Below, one piece after another: positions 11,339 through 23,198 of a DNA stretch of 64,000 nucleotides. The first letter of the stretch is position 1. The number at the start of each line of letters is the position of its first letter. The stretch lies in assembly GCF_006345805.1 (NCBI RefSeq), contig NC_043010.1:35960001-36024000 (forward strand), written 5' to 3'. Source of the DNA: Octopus sinensis. Taxonomy: Eukaryota. The position numbers and the translations under genes were made by a program. The notes under the pieces are model-generated. The model saw only the letters and a program-made list of their open reading frames with translations, had not been told where the DNA came from and ran no database searches.

Positions 11339-12500
11339 AGCTATATAAAACCTGTTGATGCTCACCATATATCAATGAGAACTATATAAAACCTGTTGCT
11401 GCTCACCATATACCACTGGAAGCTATATAAAACCTGCTGCTGCTCACCATATACCAATGGAAGCTATATAAAACCTGTTGCTGCTCACCATATATCAATG
11501 AGAACTATATAAAACCTGTTGCTGCTCACCATATACCACTGGAAGCTATATAAAACCTGCTGCTGCTCACCATATACCAATGGAAGCTATATAAAACCTG
11601 TTGCTGCTCACCATATATCAATGAGAACTATATATAACCTGTTGCTGCTCACCATATATCAATGAGAACTATATATAACCTGTTGCTGCTCACCATATAT
11701 CAATGAGAACTATATATAACCTGTTGCTGCTCACCATATATCAATGAGAACTATATAAAACCTGTTGCTGCTCACCATATATCAATGAGAACTATATATA
11801 ACCTGTTGCTGCTCACCATATATCAATGAGAACTATATATAACCTGTTGCTGCTCACCATATATCAATGAGAACTATATATAACCTGTTGCTGCTCACCA
11901 TATATCAATGAGAACTATATATAACCTGTTGCTGCTCACCATATATCAATGAGAACTATATAAAACCTGTTGCTGCTCACCATATATCAATGAGAACTAT
12001 ATATAACCTGTTGCTGCTCACCATATATCAATGAGAACTATATATAACCTGTTGCTGCTCACCATATATCAATGAGAACTATATATAACTGTTGCTGCTC
12101 ACCATATATCAATGAGAACTATATATAACCTGTTGCTGCTCACCTATATCAATGAGAACTATATATAACCTGTTGCTGCTCACCATATATCAATGAGAAC
12201 TATATAAAACCTGTTGCTGCTCACCATATATCAATGAGAACTATATATACCTGTTGCTGCTCACCATATATCAATGAGAACTATATATAACCTGTTGCTG
12301 CTCACCATATATCAATGAGAACTATATATAACCTGTTGCTGCTCACCATATATCAATGAGAACTATATAAAACCTGTTGCTGCTCACCATATATCAATGA
12401 GAACTATATATAACCTGTTGCTGCTCACCATATATCAATGGAAGCTATATATAACCTATTGCTACGCACCAGATATCAATGAGAACTACATAAATCCTGT
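11339..12500. repeat. 41-bp minisatellite, about 28 copies
   Basis: Unit ctatatataacctgttgctgctcaccatatatcaatgagaa in contiguous tandem copies with no spacers. Confidence 0.95.
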
Positions 12501-12759
12501 GTTCACTTTATGTCAAAGAATGCCATAGAAAACTTATTATTTTACATCTTGTGCCAATCCAAATTGAAAGAGAAGAGAAAAGATTGACTATGTCAATAAA
12601 TAATTAATTTGATTATTTTAAATATTCTAAATTGATTGTTCTGATAGGATATTTTTTGTTTTTTTGGTTTTAAAAATAGTTCTAAACACAAATCAAACAA
12701 GCAGATGTCTGTCTTTGAATCTGTTGTCGAGTATTGCTTCTTCCAATGGAATAGAATAT

Positions 12760-13330
12760 TGTATAAGAATGTTCAAGAAGGATGAAGAAATACGGATGAA
12801 CAAGAGTGAAAGAAAGGGAAAAACAGCAAAAAAAAGAGATCTTAGCAGACTGTGAGACTATATTCTATAATTAAAAGTAAGATAAAAGAGGAGGAGAGAA
12901 AAATGGGAAGAGAGAAAAAGAGGTAAAGAGTAAGAGAAGGTGGGAGGGAGAAAGAAGAGTAAGAAGAAAATAAAAGAGGAAGAATTAAAATAAACAAGAT
13001 AAGGAAGCAGTAGAGAAAAGGAAATGGTAAAAAGAATAGGGGAGAAGTAAGAAGAGGAAGATGATGAGTAGAAGAGAAGGGGAGGCAAAAAAGAAAGGAA
13101 AAAGCAAACAGAAAACAAAGAGATGATGATGAGGAGGAATTAAAAAAAAGATAAGAGAATCAAGAAAAAAAATATACAAGGAAGAGAAAGAAAAAGAAAA
13201 TGAAATAAAACAGAAAGCAGGAGCCAAAACAGAATAATAGTGAAAATGAAGAACTAAAAGGAAGAGAGAAGAAACGGTGGAAGGAAATTAGGAAAAAGGA
13301 AAATGTCAAAGAAGAACTGTAGAGGAGAAG
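12760..13330. repeat. Purine-rich low-complexity tract
   Basis: Almost entirely A/G on the + strand. Confidence 0.8.
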
Positions 13331-13727
13331 CAGGCAAAGAAATGTTATCCACTTCTGCAAAATTCAGATAGAAAGACAATTTAATCTAAATTTGCTGATA
13401 GAGAATGGACAGCAAAAACTAGTGAATATTCATGGAAGTACAATGTCAGAGTAAAACAACAACAGCAGCAGGAGCTCAGATCAGAGTAAAGACTTCCAAA
13501 TGGTAGTTTGAAGAGCTTGAAATAACAGTCAAATGTCACTGGAATTACAATTTATTACCTTAAAACCCTTTAGCATTCAGATTACTCTGTTAAATGTTAT
13601 GCTTACTTATTCAGATCGTTACAAACACTGATAGATAGAGAGTAGATGCAGTTCTATATTTGAGAGATGGGGAATTATGCCCATTATTTACATTTGACAG
13701 ATATTTGTCCTCATCTTGTTTGTTGTT

Positions 13728-13773
13728 AACACAACGTTTCGGCTGGTATACCCTCCAGCCTTCATCAGGTGTC
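13728..13773 (-). ncRNA. Minimal type-I hammerhead ribozyme motif, intact core
   Basis: GACAC-CTGATGA-A-GGCTGG agggtata CCAGCC-GAAA-CG-T-T|GTGTT: stem I 5 bp, stem II 6 bp, palindromic AACGTT in place of stem III. Confidence 0.7.
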
Positions 13774-13890
13774 TTGGGGGAAATTTCAAACCTGGGTTCT
13801 CATTCCTAAGGTATTTTTTGATGTTGCTATTACTTTTATTATTAATATTATTATTATGATTATGATTATTATTATTATTATTACTATTAT

Positions 13891-14445
13891 TGAGTGAGAG
13901 AGCAGTTCATGCCATCAAAGTGACACTGGGGTAAAATATACGAGGCCCAGTATACCCATCATGACTACCCGTCTGATAAAGGTACACCAGGCACATGCAT
14001 CACAACCATATGTGCGCGACATGGTGATCTCATATCAAGATAAACAGCACATGACCTTGCAGGTGGAGCCCAGTTAGAATTTTATTCAGATCGAGTAACC
14101 CATCCCGCTCAAAAGGTCCCTGAATAAGGGTTGTTTAAGGACGTTGAACGAAACACCCATGTTTCCAGAGGTGAATTATTCAAACCCCAAAGAATCCTTC
14201 TCAACACATGGCTATGATGCTCCCCCCAACTTCTGCTCGTGATCAGAGATGCACATATCGTCAGCCACTAAGGGACATGCTCAACTGGTTAAGGTCAAAC
14301 AACTGACAAGCAAATCTGTGGCATTGAGCAGAATATTTGATGTAGCCCATCTTTTATACCAAGACAAAACAATGTACATGATAACACTTCCAATCAGTTA
14401 AGATCAGAAGCCATGAGAGCCACTGCCTGGTACTGCATCAGGGCA
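13891..14445 (-). mobile_element. Element X, 555-bp non-coding repeat flanked by TAA repeats
   Basis: TAA/TAT arrays on both sides; second copy at 3686-3915. Confidence 0.75.
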
Positions 14446-14577
14446 TATTATTACTATTATTATTATGATTATTATCATTATGATTATTATTATTATTATT
14501 ACTATCATGATTATGATTATTATTATTACTATTATGATTATGATTATTATTATTACTATTATGATTATGATTATTAT

Positions 14578-16604
14578 TCAGTAGTTTATTTTTATAGCGT
14601 GCTTTCACTTCACTACGAGCGCAGCTCTGTGTGCCTTGGGTATGTGTTGTGATTTGTTGTGATGCTCTGATGGTTATTGTATGAGAGTGTTCTGCGTAGG
14701 ATGTGTGCAGTGCCTAGTAGTGCAATTTTCTGTATGTTATATGTGTTTGTAAGTCCTGGTGTTTTTGTTATGTATTTGTCTGAATATTTTTTTATCATGC
14801 CTAATGCACCTACTATGATAGGAATTGTTTCTGTTTTCAGGTTCCACATTCTAGTTACCTCTATTTCCAGGTCTTTGTATTTTGAGAGTTTCTCCATTTC
14901 TTTTAGAGACACGTTGTCATCTGCCGGTATTGATACATCAATTAGAAAGCATTTTTTTTCTTCATGATCTCTGACAACTATATCTGGTCTGTTGGCCTTA
15001 ATTTCTCTATCTGTGTGTATCGGCATATCCCAGAGTATGGTTGCTTTCTCGTTTTCTGTGACCTTTTCTGGTGTGTGCCTATACCATCTTTTTTCTGTTG
15101 TTATTCCATAATGTTGGCATAGCTTCCAATGTATGTAGGTTCCAACTCTGTCATGTCTGTGATATATTCCTTCTTAGCCAGGACTGGGCAGCTAGAGATA
15201 ATATGATTTATTGTTTCTTGTCCATCTCCACATATTCTGCAGTTACTTGAATATATTTCTTTTCATTACATGTTTTTGGTAATTTCTGGTGGGGAGGCTT
15301 TGGTCTTGTGCTGCAATTAAAAATCCCTTTTCTGCTTTGAGTCCTGAGCTTCTCAACCATTGCTGGGATTTTTCTTTGTCTATTTCTTTTGCGTTTAGTT
15401 TAGTCCAGTATTTACCATGAAGGGGCTTTTCTTGCCATCGTTTTATCATGTTCGTTGCTGTTCTATTTTTAGTTTGGATTTCATTTGTTTTATAGCTTTT
15501 GTTGTTTCTTCATCATCTTCTTCTTCTTCTTTGTGTTTATTAGGTGGTATGATTTCTTGTTTGTATTTGTCAGCTTCCTTAAATACTGAGAACAGTTTTT
15601 TGTTTGCTCGTGTTTTGCTGCTATCTGGATCAGTTTTCCTTCCTTCTGAAGTAGGTATTTTTGCAGTCCTATGGTGGTTATTTTATAGCAGTTTTCCAGC
15701 TGTATAAGGCCTCTACCACCTTCTATACGTTGTATATATAGTCTTTCTATGTCAGATTTTGGGTGATGCATCCTAGATCCTGTCAGTATTTTTCTTGTTT
15801 TCCTATCTATTTTGGACAGTTCATTTCGTGTCCAGTTAAGGATATTGTAGCTGTAACTTATAACTGGGACAGCTAAAGTGTTGATACCTATTATCTTGTT
15901 TTTAGCATTGAGCTCTGTTTTATTGATCTAACTCGTCTATAATATTCTTTTTTTATTTTCTCTTTCATTTGTGTGTTTTGTGTCTTATCTAGTTCATGGA
16001 TTCCTAAGTATTTGTAAGTTTGACTTTGGTCTAATTCTTTTATTTCATTGGTTTTATCTAGTGTGATGTTGTTACTCTTAACTAGTTTTCCTCTTTTCAT
16101 GGTTACTTTGGCGCATTTTCTAATCCAAATTTCATATCTATTTCTTTGGTAAATCCATGAACTGTCTTTAATAGTGTTTCCAGCTGTTTGTCATTTGCAG
16201 CGTATAGTTTTAGGTCATCCATATATAAAAGGTGGCTGATCGTTTTGCCGTAACATTTATATCCGCATCCAGTTCTATTTAGCATATCAGATAGAGGTGA
16301 CAGTGCCAAGCAGAAAAGGAGTGGAGAGAGCGTGTCTCCCTGGAATATTCCTCTTCTAATGGGGATGTCTTTGGTTTTCATGAGTCCCTCTTTTGTTTGG
16401 AGGTGTAGGACTGTTTGCCATTTATTCATAGAGTGCTCTATGAATTTTATGATTGTTGGTGCTACTTTGTTAATGGCTAGTGTTTCGAGGATCCATGTGT
16501 GGGGGATGCTATCAAACGCCTTTTTGTAGTCAATCCAGGCCATACTGAGGCCTTTCTTCTTTCTGTGGCTGTCTTCAGTTACGGCTTTATTAATCATTTG
16601 TTGA
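14578..16604 (-). mobile_element. 5'-truncated Dong/R4-like non-LTR retrotransposon (RT plus C-terminal restriction-like endonuclease)
   Basis: WIDYKKAFDSIPH, GIFQGDTLSPLLF, HLLYMDDLKLY; RPDIVV...IDVSIP...EK..KY; several frameshifts; flanked by TAA-type microsatellites. Confidence 0.9.
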
Positions 16605-16839
16605 TTATTATTATTATTATAACTATTATTATTATGATTATTATTATTATTATTACTATTATTATTATGATTATTATTATTATTATTATTATGATTATGA
16701 TTATTATGATTATTATTATTATTATTATTATTATGATTATGATTATTATGATTATTATTTTTCAGGTGACTGCCTGGAATCGAACTCGGAATCTTGGGGT
16801 TAGTAGCCCGTGCTCTTAACCACTACACCATATGCCCAT

Positions 16840-17728
16840 GGTCTGATCAATAAGTATCCAGACTGTTGCCATAGTAATGAAGCTAAAGCATGCAGAGTGA
16901 AGCTGCTAGGCACAGATTGACCTTGAACTATGCTGTGCACATGCACTAAGTTTTAACCTTGTAGCTTACTTCCGCTGTCTACAGCAGTGCTTGGAAGTAA
17001 TATGTGTAGCATGTGTTCATCACATTGAACATGGCAGAGAAAGTTGAGCAGAGAATCCACATCAAATTCTGTCAAAAGCTTGGTGATACCTGTTCAGAGG
17101 CTTATGCAAAATTTTCAAAAAGTTTTCATCTTTCTCGACACAATTAAGATCTTGTGCAACAGAAACTCAAGTGTCCTTTTGGTCAGCTGAAAGCAGTTTT
17201 GGCACAAACTTAGCAGACACACGTCTCATACCCAAATCTTCAGTGATAATGGACTGAACTGAACGATAACTAATCTGTACACCTCCGATAACTCACTGAT
17301 GGTAATTCAACGATTCCCCTTCACAGCTGCACACACATCTGCAATGTTTTTTGCAGTTCTGCTGGTTGCAGTCCTCCCAGACCGTTCATCAATATTGACA
17401 TTTTTTCAGTCATCTTGGAAACATCTGAACCACTCATACGCTTTTGTGCAGCTCATATACTCCTCTCCACACACTTTCTGCAACTTTGTGTAAGCTTCTG
17501 AGCAGGTATTGCTGTAACAATTTTCTCTGTCATGGTCAATGCGATGATAACATGCTACACACCTTCCTTCCAAGCACTGCTGTAAACAGCAAAAGTGAGC
17601 TAGAACTTTAAAACTTAGTGCGCATGCACAGTAGAATTCAAGGTCAATTTGTGCCAAGAGGCTTCACTCTGCATGCTTTAGCTTTGTTACTACGGCAACA
17701 GTCCAGATACTTATGGATTAGACCCCAT
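16840..17728. mobile_element. Mariner derivative made of two inverted 5' ends (fold-back)
   Basis: TIR ggtctgatcaataagtatccagactg / cagtccagatacttatggattagacc. + arm encodes MAEKVEQRIHIKFCQKLGDTCSEAYAK; - arm encodes CSEAYTKLQKVCGEEYMSCTKAYEWFRCFQD...ERSGR...AKFVPKLLS. Confidence 0.85.
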
Positions 17729-18065
17729 ATGCACATCCAGATATGTATGTGTGTGTGTGTGCAGGTGTGTGTTTATACTAGTCTAAAAAAAAAGAAAAGA
17801 CAATGACAATGTTTATATTGCGTTCATGTCTCATAACTTAGCAGTTATACAAATGGAAATTGATAAGTACCAGACAGAAATAAATGATGGAGTTGACATT
17901 AACAACTGAATCCCTGGGCCACAACCAATGCACCAATTGAAACCAGTAAAAGAATATGCACAAAAATCTTCAATTGTTGAAGATGTAAAGCATCTCAAAG
18001 AAAATCATGCAATCAGCTTTTCGCAATTCCAAAATCTAAAGAATTCAAAATCAAATTTTACTTAC

Positions 18066-18176
18066 TGAAAGTCTGCTTCTGGATGGCTGAAGTTTATCAC
18101 TGGAAGTGTTCATGGCTTGAGGGTTTGTATCGTCTGGGCCAGAGACACTGCTTTTTTCTGATGAAATGGTTGTCAT
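18066..18176 (-). CDS. SLC2A1-like: Probable first coding exon of the GLUT-like gene, MTTISSEKSSVSGPDDTNPQAMNTSSDKLQPSRSRLS
   Basis: ATG at 18176, 37 open codons ending in phase 0 at a GTAAGT donor (18065-18060), in frame with exon 724-819. Non-repetitive sequence with upstream acceptors. No homology check possible. Confidence 0.6.
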
Positions 18177-18350
18177 GATGAGTTTTTTTTTAGGAGTCTA
18201 ACAGATGAAAATAAGATATTTTGGTCAATATCTAATTAGGTATATTCCTACTGTGGAAGAAACCATTCAGTTTTGATGAATTGGAGTTTGCAAAAAGTCA
18301 GTGAAAAGACTTCTGAATTTCAACATTCTTCCGGTTACAAAAGTATCACT
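18177..18350 (-). other. Putative 5'-UTR part of the first coding exon
   Basis: Acceptor ttttattgcAG at 18352-18351; alternative acceptor ttttcatctgttAG at 18199-18198. Confidence 0.4.
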
Positions 18351-18914
18351 CTGCAATAAAACATAAATATAAATATAAATATATAAATATAAATATAAAT
18401 ATATAAATAAATAATAGCCATAAATATATAGTAACAGGTCGACTGAAAGGAAGTGGCTTTCAAGCCTACCAAAATGACAAGAATAAACAGCACAAAAAGA
18501 AATCTTGTCAACAAATGAAAACTGCAGACTATAATAAAACAAATACAATGAAAAACTAGTGGTAGGCAGAAGCTGGTTGACATGTGTCATAACAGGTGTT
18601 ACTTTAATGCAGTTAAAACAATCTGTTGCTTTAAGACAAATTCAACACCCTTCAGATCTAATGAGATTATAAAACCTAGAAAAAAATTAAAAAAGCAGCT
18701 CTCAACGACCAAGAGAAATAACATTCTGAAGACTTGTGTAATCCATACCTCAAGCAAAGGCATGACCGTGTGGTGAAGAAGCTCACTTTCCAACTACATG
18801 GTTTCAGGTTCAGTCCCACTGTTTGGCACTATAGCCTTAGGTCAACCAAAGCATTGCAAGTGGATTTGGTACAGAGAAACCCACTCATTCATCCATCCAT
18901 ATGTACATACATAT

Positions 18915-19232
18915 ATTCTTTTTATTTATTTATGCGCCCTTTTCAAGCCTAGCCAGGCTCATGGGCCCGGTTTCCCGGTTTCTGTGGCGTATGTGTTCCC
19001 CCCAGCTGGACGGAACATCAGTCCATCGCAGTGTTACTCAAGAAACAGGAAGAAAGAGAGAGAGAAAGTTGGGCGAAAGAGTACAATAGGTCGCCACCAT
19101 GCCCTGCCGGAGCCTCATGGAGCTTTAGGTGTTTTCATTCAATAAACACACACAACGCCTGGTCTGGGAATCGAAACCACAATCCTCTGACTGTGAGTCC
19201 ACTGCCCTAACCACTGGGCCATTGCACCTCCA
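18915..19232 (-). mobile_element. SINE family C (tRNA-Arg-like head, V-domain-like ctgcgatggactg...gtccagc)
   Basis: Near-complete copy; others at 38003-38310(-) and 48635-48925(-). Confidence 0.8.
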
Positions 19233-20013
19233 CACATACATATATACATATATGTATTTATATGAATATGTAAGTGCATGTGTGCTTGTGTCTCCTTCTC
19301 TTGATATTGCATGATATTTGTAAATAAACATCACCATCACACAAGCAGTATTGTTTGTTTCCAACCTACCATGAAAAAATGTCCAACCATCAGGAGACAT
19401 TACCTTACTTGGAAACATGTGAGAGTTGATGACAGGAAGGGCATCTGACCACAGAAAATATGCTGCAATAAATTACATCTGGTTCATGCAAGCATGGCAA
19501 ATTGGATACTACTGATGATGATAACTGTGCAAAGAATGAAAGCTCTCTGGGCAACATTGCACAACAATCAGTGATAAATAACTTACTTGAACTGCAGAAA
19601 CATTGTAGAAACATAAAAAAAGTAATCCTGACTAAAAACAAGGCACCCAACAGAACCAATGGCTGAGATACATAATCTTGGAAATGAGACACTTACAGCA
19701 AAGCTTCATGCATTGTTTCTGCTAATCTGGATACAAGAAGAGACACCAGCTAACCTCATACATACAACCAGTATTACCAACTTCAAAGGTTGGGAGCTGG
19801 CAGAATCATTAGTGAATTGGACAAAATGCTTAGAGGCATTTCTTTCAACTCTTTACATTCTGAGTTCAAATTCTACTGGGGTCGACTTTGCCTTTTATCT
19901 TCTTGGGGTCAATAAAATAAGTATCTGTTGAATACTTTGGGGTCAATGTAATCGACTTACTCCATTACACCTGTTTTTGTGCCAAAATTTGAAACCATTA
20001 TTAGCAACTTTAG

Positions 20014-20174
20014 GTGCAGGAGTGGCTGTGTGGTAAGTAGCTTGCTTGCCAACCACATGGTTATAGGTTCAGTCCCACTGCGTGGCACCTTGGACAAGTG
20101 TCTTCTACTATAGCCTCGGGCCAACCAAAGCCTTGTGAGTGGATTTGGTAGACGGAAACTGAAAGAAGCCTGTC

Positions 20175-20252
<78 letters not shown>

Positions 20253-20460
20253 TTGTGTGTGTGTGTATGTCCCCCTAACATCGCTTGACAACCGATGCTT
20301 GCGTGTTTACGTCCCCGTCACTTAGTGGTTCGGCAAAAGGGACCGATAGAATAAGTACTAGGCTTACAAAGAATAAGTCTCAGGGTCGATTTGCTCGACT
20401 AAAGGTGGTGCTCCAGCATGGCCATAGTCAAACGAGTGAAACAAATAAAAAAGTAAACAA
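20014..20460 (+). mobile_element. SINE family A, full length
   Basis: Head, (GT)n, tail. Confidence 0.9.
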
Positions 20461-20469
20461 TGTTTCTGC

Positions 20470-20800
20470 AGTTCTGTGACAATTTCAGAAGAATCTTACT
20501 TTTGTTAACTGCTGGAAAAATTCTGACTAAAACCTTGCTCAACCAATTCTTCCAACTATCAGAGACTCACTTACCTGAATCTCAGTCTGCTTCTCAATTC
20601 TTCAGATACACCGATGATAGGGTATTCTGTACTTTCCAGCTATAAGTTAAATGCCATGAACAACACAAATTATTATACGTGGCTTTCTTTGACCTCCTCA
20701 AAAATGCATTTGGTTCCATAAAGTGTGAATCACTAGGGCAAGTTCTAACCAAATTTAGTGTTGTCCATAAATATTCTGCAGGGAAAGAAGAAAGATTAAA
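20470..20800 (+). mobile_element. Decayed RTE RT fragment
   Basis: LLTAGKILTKTLLNQ...HLPESQ and LYVAFFDL..AFGSI, similar to RTE RT subdomains. Confidence 0.65.
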
Positions 20801-21845
20801 TATGTTAGTCTTCCACAGTAAATCAGTTTGAAATGACAAATAAAATGGTAAAGTAGGGCTGATATATATATATATCATCATCATCCTCATCATTTAATGG
20901 CTACTTTTCCAGGCAAGCATGGGTCAGATGGCTGGATGCTCTTCCTGTTGCCAACAACATCACTTGTATGATTGTGATGCTCATTTACAACCAGCACAAG
21001 ATAACAAGACAAGAGCACACACACACACAGACTCATCTATTTATGCTTACATCTATACAAACACACACGCACATGTACAGCAAACTTCTTCCCATTTTAG
21101 TATACCAAATCCACTCACAAGGCTTTGGCCAATCCAGGGCTATAGAAGACGACACTTACCCAAGGAGCCACACAGTGGAATTGAACCCAGGACTACAAGC
21201 TTAGGAAACAAGCCTCTTACCCACCCAGCCAGATCTGTGACTACATTGTCTTGCCTGTGCCCCCACCCACGATATCTTGGAGGAATCTTACTTAAGTATT
21301 TGTAGAAATAGATTTCCAATATATTTAGATGTTATATGTAATTAGATACAACAACACAAAAATATACATACACAATATATACAACATAATTATAATTAGC
21401 ATATTATATACAAGACAAAACACACATATCTTCATACATATATACATTTACACACACACATATATATACACATTTACACACACACACACATATATACACA
21501 TTTACACACACACACATATATACACATTTACACACATACACACATATATACACATTTACACATATACACACATATATGCATACAGTTGATATATTCATAC
21601 ATACATATGCACACATTCACACACACATATATTCATACAATACACATTTATATATATTCACACACATATGCATTTATATTCAAATATATATATATTTTCA
21701 CACACACATATCCATACATACAGACACATTATTCATATAAATATATAGACACACACACTCACGCAAGCACACATATTTACATGTGTGAGTGAGTGTCTAT
21801 ATACAACCCATGCCAGCATGGAAAACAGACATTAAATGATAATGA

Positions 21846-22454
21846 AGATATAGATAGATAGATAGACAGATAGATGGATGGACAGATAGATGGATGGACA
21901 GATAGATGGATGGACAGATAAATGGATGGACAGATAGATGGATGGACAGATAGATGGACAGATAGATAGATAGACAGATAGATAGATAGACAGATAGATA
22001 GATAGACAGATAGATAGATAGACAGATAGATAGATAGACAGATAGATAGATAGACAGATAGATGGACAGATAGATGGACAGATAGATGGACAGATAGATG
22101 GACAGATAGATGGACAGATAGATGGACAGATAGATGGACAGATAGATGGACAGATAGATGGACAGACAGAGATAGATAGATAGATAGACAGATAGATAGA
22201 CAGATAGATAGACAGATAGATAGACAGATAGATAGACAGATAGATAGACAGATAGATAGACAGATAGATAGACAGATAGATAGACAGACAGATAGACAGA
22301 CAGATAGACAGATAGATAGACAGATAGATAGACAGACAGATAGATAGACAGATAGATAGACAGATAGATAGACAGATAGACAGACAGATAGACAGACAGA
22401 TAGATAGATAGATAGACAGACAGATTGACAGATAGATAGATAGACAGACAGATT

Positions 22455-22492
<38 letters not shown>

Positions 22493-22710
22493 GATAGATA
22501 GATAGATAGATAGATGGATAGATAGATGGATTGATGGATGGAGATAGATAGATAGATAGATAGATAGATATAGATGGATAGATAGATGGATAGACGGATG
22601 GATGGATAGATTGACGGATGGATAGATTGATGGATAGATAGATTGACGGATGGATAGATTGATGGATAGATAGATTGATGATATGGATTGTTATATAGAT
22701 AGATAGATAT
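21846..22710. repeat. Compound (GATA/GACA/GATG)n tetranucleotide microsatellite
   Basis: About 860 bp of tetranucleotide repeats; explains the ORFs at 21777-22748 and part of 21832-24252. Confidence 0.95.
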
Positions 22711-22959
22711 GCATGTATGCACACACACCACACACTTACATAACACATACCTTATAAATTTGTGGCGGGATTTAATACAAACCATATTTGATATAAAAAC
22801 ATAACAGAAGTAAACAAAAGGGGTAAGTGAATAGAATAATAATACCTTAGCCTTGGATGGAAATACATAAAGCTGGAGACCTGAAGAGAAACACTCCAAG
22901 TGATGAACCACTGTGACCCAATGGGTTATGGGGGAGAAAACAAAATCATTATAAAATGA

Positions 22960-23058
22960 AAGCAGAAGGTGTGTGTGTGCATGTGTGCGTGAGAGGGGAG
23001 AGAGAGAGAGAGAGTTGAAGATAGAATTTGAGGGATAGGAAGAGTGAAAGTCAGAGGT

Positions 23059-23122
<64 letters not shown>

Positions 23123-23155
23123 TGTGTGTGTGTGTGTGTGTTGTGTGTGTGTGTG

Positions 23156-23198
<43 letters not shown>

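Larger units (their letters stand above)
13650..16840 (-). mobile_element. tRNA-headed SINE with internal (TAA)n and hammerhead-bearing 3' body, split by two insertions
   Basis: Head at 16840-16760 with A box TGGTGTAGTGG and B box GAGTTCGATTCC; body 13850-13650; insertions at 13891-14445 and 14578-16604 inside the TAA tract. Confidence 0.8.

Noticed and set aside
11339-12500. CRISPR-like array
   Set aside because: Contiguous tandem units with no unique spacers, in a eukaryotic context.
14400-14445. HDV-like ribozyme at the 5' end of element X
   Set aside because: Only a simple hairpin (TGCCCTG/CAGGCA); I could not build the P1-P2-P3 nested pseudoknot.
16760-16840. tRNA genes (here and at other SINE heads)
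   Set aside because: A/B boxes are present but there is no proper acceptor stem, and each continues into a SINE body.
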